Origin: Daphnia carinata
Taxonomy: Eukaryota
Length of the DNA stretch: 64,000 nt
Reading direction: 5' to 3'
NCBI RefSeq assembly: GCF_022539665.2
Contig: NC_081331.1
Coordinates: 7,998,001-8,062,000, forward strand
Shown: positions 11,374 through 20,310 of the stretch, one piece after another
Position numbering within the stretch: position 1 is the stretch's first letter
How the letters are laid out: each line of letters starts with the position of its first letter
Program-made: the position numbers and the translations under genes
The notes under the pieces: model-generated
Databases searched by the model: none
What the model saw: the letters and a program-made list of their open reading frames with translations, nothing else
Told to the model about the DNA's origin: nothing

Positions 11374-12907
11374 ATAGTCTCCCACCAAGATGTATAACTT
11401 CCGACACCAGATGCCGTTACAAAAATGTTTGTCGCACTAGGTCTTTGACGTAAGGTATATTCCGATGGCGGGTGTTCGTTGATCGCGGTAGCCATATCGG
11501 CCATGATGTTCATGTGATTGAGCATGTTGTCGGTATATGCTGGATTACTTTGATCCACGTAGTCGAAAAACTCGACGTTTTCGTAGCGAAAAGAGTATGC
11601 GAGCGTCTGCTCCGGCAACACAATTGTGGTTTCAATTAATTGCCAGGTGTTGTTGCGGAAAGCGTAAGGTTTGTCGTTAAAGTTTACAAATCCGTTTGTC
11701 CAATAGCAAGGGGAATATTTAACAAGTTCCCAGCCATCGAGGTTAATTGTATAATTTTGAAATTTTGGTTGCGGTCCGCAAGAAGTCAAAATAGTATCAA
11801 ATGTTACATTTAAGGCTTTACACTGTATCAGTACAGCCGTTTTACCGAAAGCTTGTAATTTTGTGCACTTTGGTAATTGTAGTTGAGAGGCTGCTAACCA
11901 TCCATTATATTGAGCAGTTGTAACGGCTTTTTCATGTTTGGCTTTGCGACCATCGCACTGTAATAATTGAATTTGACTTGCCAATTCGTTTTCATGATCG
12001 GTTAGTTGATCCCGAATATATTGAATATTCGCCGGTATGTTTAAATCTTCAGCGCTAGATGGTGCCGGAGGCTCCGATGTTGTTGTTGAATTTTTCATGA
12101 TGGCTGCCGTTGTGACAAAGAGTTGTGATTGGCAAAGGATTTCAAAGGAAGAAGTCCTATTGGAGCAATTTTTCTGTACTGAAAAACAACGTGATATCGG
12201 CAACAGGTGAAAGTCTAGTTGATTTCGGTCGTCTTGAAGTCTGAAAATTTGTTTTTCTCCAGGCAATTGCATCAACTTGCCGATACCTTCTTCGATAAGC
12301 CGGGTAATTGCTTTAGTTTTCTGTGTGTAGGTTTTGTCCCAAATCAGAGTTAAATGATTATGTGACAAATTTCCCGACGTAGCGGAAGCAATTCCGATAG
12401 GTGTTGAAAAATCCGCATTCTCCTTTTGTTGGAAAAGTTGAATTTTATCGAGAACACAGTTTAATATTTCGGAATCGATTGTTTGCAACCAATATCCAGA
12501 AATATCGGGTTCATTGTCGAACACAAATTTGCCATCCGAAAAAGTCATTCGTTGATTGTCGCACCTTTTATTGTTAATCATTTCGTTGCACTCAGCAGGT
12601 GTTGTATCGATGGAAATTTTATCTGGCACGATCACTGTTTGTCCGAAAAAATTCATTGTAATACGTCTTATATTTTTCCAGCGCGCACACATAATCCCGG
12701 AAACTTGATCGCAGCTCGTTCTTCACTATATACGGCATATTTTACACCGATGGCACGATTTTCGGTAGATTTCGGTTGACAATTCGCGTCAGAGAATTGA
12801 ATAATTCCCATTTTCGACGGTTCCGAACAATCGCAAACGGTTGTTTCAAATGCTCGCGAGTGCAACCAGTGAAGGCACAATAGCAGCAGAAATGGAAATA
12901 GAGACAT
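11374..12907 (-). pseudogene. env: env-like glycoprotein, probable class III viral fusogen (herpes gB / rhabdovirus G-like), ~510 aa visible
   Basis: Signal peptide MSLFPFLLLLCLHWLHSRA, Cys-rich ectodomain, N-glycosylation sequons (NRT, NST, NLS, NVT, NYT, NNT). GxMC..W...T..FFG...C segment and NIQYIRDQLTDHENELASQIQLLQC helix. 1-nt deletion near 12693; cut by the E1 LTR after SWWETI. Confidence 0.75.
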
Positions 12908-12909
12908 TT

Positions 12910-12935
12910 CTAAATACGGAAGAATATAAAAAAAC
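12910..12935 (-). promoter_or_regulatory. Putative splice acceptor for a subgenomic env mRNA
   Basis: TTTTTTATATTCTTCCGTATTTAG|AA ATG: pyrimidine tract and AG 2 nt before the env start codon. Confidence 0.55.
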
Positions 12936-13461
12936 ATACAAGAATAAAAGAGAACAATGTAACTGACAAACATATAAAACTTTATCATGTGGGTGTTATA
13001 ACATAGAATCAAACACGAGAAGAAAAGAAGTAAGAAAAACGAAAGTGAAAAATAGTCTACGGCTTTTGGAAAGGTCAACTTACTTTCCCGTCGGCTTTTC
13101 CTAGTTAGCTACGGCAAAAAGGGAAGAAAAATATAGGGCACTAGAATATAACGGTTTTTTCATAATAACTAGTATCGTTGGAAAGAGGAAAAGATATACT
13201 TAATTATCGAAAAGAGAAAAAAATAAAATATAATATAGTTTAGCGGGGAGGACGAGAAGAAAAACGTTCAAAAGTTTACGGCGGAAAAGTTTTTTTTTTT
13301 TTTGCCGTGAAAGGTCACGCGCAGTGTTCGAATTTTTCCTAAGTTCTAACAAGGCGGGAGGGATAGCGCATAAAGGAAAAGTATACTAGGGCACGCAAAG
13401 AAAAACAGTTGACGGAAATAATTGGTATATTACCTAAACTTTTACGCCAGGTGTAATATAC

Positions 13462-13530
13462 TAACTAATAGCTTTACGGTAGCGGTCTCAGCTGTGATGC
13501 CAAAGGTCTGAGGTTCGAATCCCCAGTTTG
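13462..13530 (+). ncRNA. tRNA-like Pol III-type element (A box plus B box), antisense within E2
   Basis: TAGCTTTACGGT (13469-13480) and GGTTCGAATCC (13512-13522) with T-arm stem CTGAGG/CCCCAG. No convincing acceptor or anticodon stem. Confidence 0.45.
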
Positions 13531-14405
13531 ACTAGATGACTCATCATTTGCCAAGTAGTGGATATATCAAGCTACAAGAAAGCGTGCATATAATTTCGCC
13601 ATATATATATATGATGAAACAGAAAGATGCGAAAGTTAGATTTTTTCTAAGTCCAACGTAGTGAGAAAGAGAGAGAGAGAGAAAGAAAATGGAAGGAAAA
13701 GACAGAGATAAAGAATGTGATATATGAGAAGAAATGGAAATTATCCCTCAAGGCGTGTAACAAGGCCATATGCTCCAGACATATTGTGTTGAAAACGAGA
13801 CATGTTACTTGCCCTGTGGCAAAATGTAGCGGCAATATTAACGCGCATAAATGGGGCGTATATTGTTTATGAAAAAGAAGGAATAGAAGGTAAAAACTCT
13901 ACCTGGCGCGAGAGAGAGAAAAGAATAGGAATAAGGGAAATGGAAAATGCGAGAATGCATTTTCGGCAACTTGTATCATTTGCCGTAAGGAAGTCTGTGG
14001 ATAACGTGTGGCGAGTGACAGAAAAATTAAGTTTTTTATATATATGGTGTGGATTGGTTTATTTGGATACCTTGACAGACGGTCAAGTTATGCATGTAGT
14101 ATAGACTTATTCGATTTTCGGTCTATACGCAACCCTAGGTAAGGTAGTGGGTTTCCCTTTTCGGTTTATGATTTCTTTTGGTATATAACCTTATTTTATT
14201 TGTATTTTCTTTCATAATGGTTCCCCCCCCCGTATTTCCTAGCGTTTAATTTCCTGACTACAAATGGGGACAAGTTGGCTACTACCTATTTATTGATATG
14301 CAACACTCAAGGGAACGAGTTACATAGAATTAGGTAAGACTACATTGAGAGAAGTGAAAATTGTTGGTGTTCTCTTCTGCTGTTCCTTTTGTTTGTTTTT
14401 TTCTT

Positions 14406-14846
14406 TTAGTAGGCTGGTGGATAGCGATGTTCTTTGCAATGGAGGCACAGGTCGTCATCCGCCCAGCTTTCGGCCGACCAGTCGAAGAGCGGCGGGTGTC
14501 GATTGGCTGGATCCAAATCCAGTATCTCCTTGAAGCGCTCCGTCGCTTTCCTCCACTTCTTCAGCTCGATGCAGCGCATTAATCCTTGGGTAAGGGCATG
14601 GGTGACCGCATCCAGCTCTTCCTGAAGCTCCTGGACTCGTTCTCTACAGGCCTCCGCCGGGTTTTGTTCTCGTTCGGCTGCAGCTGGGCCCGGGGCTGCG
14701 GCTGCGACTGGTGCTGCGGCTTCTCCCGGATGTGCGATCGCAGCGTCCGTATTACCTGGTTCCTCAGCAACGCGGGCCTGTTGCGGATGCTGACGGCACG
14801 CCCGTTTCGCGGCGGGTCCTCCTGCACGGTTATTGTTTTCGGCCAT
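14406..14846 (-). CDS. Retroelement accessory protein (146 aa), 'LDLDP-RHP' family, second copy in E2
   Basis: Intact ORF; WRKATERFKEILDLDPANRHPPLFDW motif; N-terminal PAAKRACR; TATATAAA at 14942-14935. Confidence 0.8.
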   Translation of the reverse strand: MAENNNRAGGPAAKRACRQHPQQARVAEEPGNTDAAIAHPGEAAAPVAAAAPGPAAAEREQNPAEACRERVQELQEELDAVTHALTQGLMRCIELKKWRKATERFKEILDLDPANRHPPLFDWSAESWADDDLCLHCKEHRYPPAY

Positions 14847-14934
14847 TGTGCGATCTTGGATTTTGGGGTTGTTTTTCTAACGTCTTCGAGCTCTGGAAGG
14901 ATCGCGAGTGTTGGGTGGAGGAGATGTGTGCTGA

Positions 14935-14942
14935 TTTATATA
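14935..14942 (-). promoter_or_regulatory. TATA box of the accessory ORF 14406-14846
   Basis: TATATAAA ~90 bp upstream of the ATG. Confidence 0.6.
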
Positions 14943-15339
14943 GTCACGAATCCTCACTGGCTGTTCACACCCGTTTCTCAGCTTTGGCTTTCAACATCTT
15001 CATTATTTCTCGGGTGTCATTTGAATTGCTTCTTATGTCTCTAGTTTCGCGTATTTGGCGTAAAAAGAAACAGCGATTGGTTTTTCTTTCCCACCGTTCG
15101 AATCGTGGTTCGTTCCTTTCCGCCACTTGGTTGGCTTATTGGAATATTTTAGTGTGTTCTACACTCGTTACCACCTTAACTATTAGAAATCGCAAGGTAA
15201 GTTTTTCGGTTTACCATTTACGAAGTTTGATTAACTTCAAGGTAATGAAGGTAACCTGATGTCAAATATTTATTTTTCGTGTTTTATCTTAATTAATTTT
15301 TTTCTTCCAAACGGATGGGGTTTTTCTGTGGCCTCGAGC

Positions 15340-15433
15340 GTTGGCTAAGTGGCTCAGTTGGTATAGCCTCTGCCAACGACTCGGGAGTTTCGAGTTCTAG
15401 ACTCGCCAACATCTTCCTTTTTTTTTTTTTTTT
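15340..15433 (+). ncRNA. tRNA-like Pol III-type cassette with oligo-T terminator, antisense within E2
   Basis: A box TGGCTCAGTTGG (15350-15361), T-arm-like CGAG-TTCTAGA-CTCG, terminal stem GTTGGC/GCCAAC, long T run from 15418. Confidence 0.55.
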
Positions 15434-15760
15434 ATTTTTGTTGAGAGTTTAACGCTCCAATTGATTTATTTTTTTTCTTTTGCCATGGCGCATATTCTGC
15501 CTTCGGCATTTATTTTCCGATGTTTTATTTTTCGTCAAATGGCGGTTTTTAACACAGCCATTTCTCATTTGTTTGGTTGTTTGCTTGTTGAAAACCCAAA
15601 AATTTGTTGTTGCATATTTCTACTATGTTTATTCGATTGATTTGATTAACATAAGAAGGGAAAAGCACAAGCGCGTTCTAAACTATGGAACAAACATATT
15701 GACTACGTTATTAGGAAAAAACAAAAGTGTTCTTCCGTTTCTTTCTTTTCTTCTTCCGCC

Positions 15761-16183
15761 TTACAAACGGTCATACCAATCGCGCCTTGGCCTTTTGTTA
15801 GCTGTGTTCCACAGCTCCGACGACCAGTTGTAAAGCGACGGATGGCGTTTGGCTGGATCTAAGTCCAGAATCCTTTTCAGAGTGTTAACTGCGCTGGCCC
15901 AATCTTCAGCGAAGAGCTCAGCGTTAAGTCTCGTGGTGAGTTTTTCAGTTTTCTCCTCGAGGCGTCGTTCGTAGTTGCGCCGAGCCAGATCCCAAGAATC
16001 TTGGCTAACCTGGTCTGGGGATTGAGGTCTCTTCTCAACCAACTCGACCGTGTCGTCTGCCGTTGGTTCCCAAGAAAAATCTGCAGTGGGCTCCGTTGTT
16101 GTCACCACTTCGTTAGCTTGCACCTCGTCACAAGTCCCTTCGACGGTGACTTGTTCGTGTTGAACGCTAGTTTGGTTTTCCAT
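15761..16183 (-). CDS. Retroelement accessory protein (140 aa), 'LDLDP-RHP' family, first copy in E2 (positional ortholog of 172-666)
   Basis: Intact ORF right after pol; WASAVNTLKRILDLDPAKRHPSLYNW; C-terminal KRPRR; TATATAA at 16289-16283. Confidence 0.8.
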   Translation of the reverse strand: MENQTSVQHEQVTVEGTCDEVQANEVVTTTEPTADFSWEPTADDTVELVEKRPQSPDQVSQDSWDLARRNYERRLEEKTEKLTTRLNAELFAEDWASAVNTLKRILDLDPAKRHPSLYNWSSELWNTANKRPRRDWYDRL

Positions 16184-16282
16184 CTTACTTTGATGATGCT
16201 TTGCGGTTTGTATATAAATTTGTTAGAGTTGTGACTACAACGAGTTGACGGAAAGATGTGGCTCTTTTCGATCTACTCGCTG

Positions 16283-16289
16283 TTATATA
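16283..16289 (-). promoter_or_regulatory. TATA box of the accessory ORF 15761-16183
   Basis: TATATAA ~100 bp upstream of the ATG. Confidence 0.5.
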
Positions 16290-16369
16290 CCTTCGAGTTT
16301 TTTTTGTTTGTTTTTTTTTTCTTCTCTGAAACGCGATCAGCAGAATTGCATGCAAATGAGTTATCAGAT

Positions 16370-19300
16370 TTAATCTCTGAAACGCATTGGCAATTGTCTA
16401 TTCCTTTGTGGGCGTCCGGTTGCGTTTTGTGGTGTCGTTGTTGCTGACGGAACGACATCAGATGCTATCTGCTGCGTTTCATAATTATCATTGGAATCAT
16501 CTTCGGCAATTGGTGTGAGATTGAGGTGATTGTCAATTCCCAGCCTCGTTGTTTCTATCTCCACGGTGTCTGAAACCATGTTTTCAGTTTCCACTGTTTC
16601 GGATTCCATATTTTCAACATCCACGCTATCTGGATGCTCTTTTTCCGGTTCCACATTTTCTACTTCGCTTGTTTCTTGTTCCAGTTGTTCCTCACTTTCC
16701 ATTGTTTGGGTCGAGATCGATTTACGGAATCGATTCTCGAATGTTGAAGGCGACTCGATAGGGGGACAATGTTCATCTTTCCATAACATTGTTTCATATG
16801 GGGGTTTTAAACGGTTAACGTGCGTACGTGTACATATATATGAATTGTCGGCTATGTCGACAGTATTATTGGAATATACTTTTACAATTCTATAAGGGCC
16901 TTTATATTTGGAAGTAAATTTCCTACTATCGCCCTCTTTTACAACTCTAATATCTAAGAAGACTCTATCTCCTACCAAATATTGTTTTACATTCGCTCTT
17001 TTATTATATTGCTCCCTTCGACGTTTTCTGGCTTTCTCGCTCTCTTCACGGACGCGTTGGAAACTATAGCGCAAGCGTTCGGCTAAGTTACCTACGTAAT
17101 CCGATGCGGATATAAATGTTTTTGGGGAAGCGTCAAGAATTTCATTGATGGGTAAATTAGGGTCTCTACCGTGTAATGAGTAATAAGGGGTGTCCAGTGT
17201 AGAAGAATGGACAGAACTACGATAAGCAAACAAAACATCATCCAGCAAATCTTCCCAATTTGCATGCTCTCCGTCTTTCAATTCCTTCCTCAACATTGTT
17301 GTTAATGTTCTATTAAACCTTTCGGTTTCTCCGTTACTAGCTGGAGTATAAGCAGTCGTTAGCCGTTAATCAATTTTTAACTTTTTACAAAAGTAACGAA
17401 ATAATTTCGACGTGAAATTGGTCCCGCGGTCTGAAAGAATAGCTTTAGGCATACCGTGTCTAACTATTATTGTTTTGTACACACATTCTGCTGTTGTCTG
17501 CGCAGTCTGATCCTTTAAAGTAACAGCTTTCACCCATCGGCTAAAATAATCTGTGATAACTAAAATGTAACTGTTTCCATTGGGCGAGGCTGGTGTGATA
17601 GGGCCTAGAAAATCCATACCTATAACCTGAAAAGGGGCCTTTGCAATTTCATGAGGATGCAATAACGCTCTGTAATTCGATGAAGTGTTGGCGATGCATA
17701 CCTCACAAGCCTGGCAATACTCTTTTATGTCTTTTCTCATATTTGGCCAATAATAATGATTCTTTACTTTCAAATAGGTTTTATAAAAGCCTAAATGTCC
17801 ACTCATCGGTGCATCATGTAGTTCTTTGAGCACTAGATGACGTAACGATGTAGGTAAGACCAACTGATGGTGAGTTTCGTTTCTTTTGCTATCAGAAGAT
17901 GGCAGCACGTGCCGGTAAAGCGTACCGTCAATAACTTCAAAATAATCAATTTCTTTTACCCAATCTGGCTTAGATTGGAGAAAAGCTTCTTCAAGTTCAC
18001 CGTTATCTAAATAATTTCGAATAGCTATGCAAAGGTCGTCTTCTAATTTTTTTTCACAAATTAATTTAATATTACGTTCGGTTTGGATACTAGCTATTTT
18101 TAAGCGTGACAAGCAATCTGCGTTTTGGTGAATACGTCCCGGTCTGTATTTTAATTCATAATTTGTTGCGGCCAACAGGATAGCCCATCTTCCTAATCTC
18201 CCATTGTTATCTTTCTGATTCTTAAGCCATTGAAGTGGACGATGATCACTTATGATCTCAAAAGGTTGGTCTAAAAGGTAATGTCGAAAATGCTTAATCG
18301 CATCGATAACCGCAAGTGCCTCTTTTTCAGTCGTACTGTATTTAGCTTCTGCCTTCGTTAGCTGTCTACTGGAATACGCGATTGGGTGCTCGTGACCATT
18401 TTGAATTTGGGACAGTACCGCTCCAATGTCTTAATCGCATGCATCGGTAAAAAGGAAAAATTTCTCGTTGAAATTGGGGTAAGCAAGCACTGGTGGAGTC
18501 ACTAAAGATGTACGCAAGGTTTCGAAAGCACTATTTTCTTCGTCTCCCCAATTAAAAGGTTTTCTGCTAAGATCTTTATGGGTTAATCTGGTTAACGGTT
18601 TGGCGATTGATCCAAAATTTTTAATAAATCGTCTGTAATACCCAGCTAGACCCAGAAATGATCTGACTTCATCTACCGAAGCGGGTCTTTTATAATTAAT
18701 TATTTTCTCAATTTTACTCGGATCAGGTTTAATACCATCAGTCGAGATGACATGGCCTAAATAATTGACTGAACTTTTAATGAACTGGCATTTTTTTGTT
18801 TTAATTTTAAATTGGCTTTTTTCAATAACTCAAAGATTTCGCAAATATCGTTCAAGTGATCGTCAAAAGTGTCCGAAAAGATGATTACGTCATCCAAGTA
18901 AACTAACGCCTTACTTCCCAAAACGTCTTTCAGTACGTAATTCATTAGTCTTTGAAATGTCGCAGGTGCATTGCACAATCCAAATGCCATACGTTTAAAT
19001 TCATAAAGGTTATTTTCTACTACAAATGCTGTTTTTTCAATAGCCGGCTCATCAACTTGAATTTGCCAGTAACCTGAAGCTAAATCAAGAGTGGTGAAGA
19101 ATTTCTTCCCATACAATTTGTCCAATGTTTCATCTATCCTCGGCATAGGGAAAGAATCCTTTTTTGTAATACTATTTAATTTCCTATAGTCAACGCAAAA
19201 TCTTACTTCCCCACCCTTTTTTTCCACTAGAACCACAGGTGAAGCCCATGGCGAATGTGAATATTGGATCACATTAGCATCCAACATTTCCTGTACTTTA

Positions 19301-20303
19301 TCTTCCAATATTTTTCTTTGATTATTTGTAACTCGATAAGGGCGTTGTCGAATAGGGCCTCTTCCTTGTGTATCAATTGTATGTTTAATGAGATTAGTGT
19401 TCCCTAATTCTGAATCTTTTGCTGCGAACAAGTCGTGAAAGTCATTTAATAGTTTCGAGAGCGGAGCTTGAAATTCAGCGTCGACTTCTGAAATTAAAAC
19501 GGGCTCACTTTTAATAGTAGGCTTTTCTTCTAACTTACTTAAAGCAATTTTCCCAATTACGTTATGAATAATCTCGATTACGCCTAATGTAGTGTTCCTA
19601 GGAAGTATGACTTGATTTAACGAATGATTCTCGACAATAATTTGATATTTCCTATCTTTAGCTACGTTTCCAATGAATTCCTCAATAAAAATACCGTTCG
19701 GCAAATCCTCTGCTGGGGTAAACATAAATGTGGTATTAGGGGGGACATACGGAAATGAACCTTTCATTTGCGTTGCAATTACTAGCGAAGTCTGACGAAA
19801 TAACGTCGTCTTTTTGACCGTCGTAACTGCCATGTCTGGTACCCTAGAGATGGCTGATCCCTGCTCATCCCTTGCTAAATAAATACTTCTGGCTTCTCCG
19901 TCAAGCCGAAAACCGTGCTTCTGGATTGCATCCCATCCAAGGATACAGTCTTCAGAAACACCATTTGTAACAATAAACTCTTGCCTTAAAACTGACTCTC
20001 CGTATCGTACGGGCAATGTCACTCTTCCCAGCGTTTGTAACTTTTTCTCCCCTACATCATACAAATCGAAATCAAGCTGACTGCAGATCACTTGACCTCT
20101 CGGGGGTAACTTATGAAATATTCTCTCGTGAATAATGCTGTTAGACGCGCCTGTATCAAATAAGGCTTGAAACGGTATCTGAAAAATTTTTAATGGAATT
20201 CTAGGGGTCGATTCATTTGTTATAGTTGTTAATTTTGCGACTTGTCGGGATTTTAACTGAGGCTCCCTATCAACTGACCCGAAGTTACAGTTGATATTTA
20301 TTG
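16370..20303 (-). pseudogene. pol: pol of E2 (PR-RT-RH-IN), disrupted
   Basis: Highly similar to E1 pol. Frameshift in an A-run near 18790; in-frame stops near 18432 (TDACD*) and 17366 (KID*). Confidence 0.93.
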
Positions 20304-20310
20304 GTTTCCC
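20245..20310 (-). promoter_or_regulatory. -1 frameshift signal of E2
   Basis: GGGAAAC (20310-20304), same 9-bp stem (20296-20268) and same downstream CCCGA as E1. Confidence 0.85.

Noticed and set aside
12908..13078. Hydrophobic N-terminal extension of the 136-aa ORF as a membrane protein
   Set aside because: T-rich non-coding tract with a non-ATG start; the signal peptide begins at ATG 12907
14586..15259. Plus-strand ORFs of 152 and 182 aa
   Set aside because: Antisense to the GC-rich accessory ORF, with no counterpart at the paralogous loci
13462..15433. Functional tRNA genes
   Set aside because: Acceptor and anticodon stems do not form canonically; kept only as tRNA-like elements
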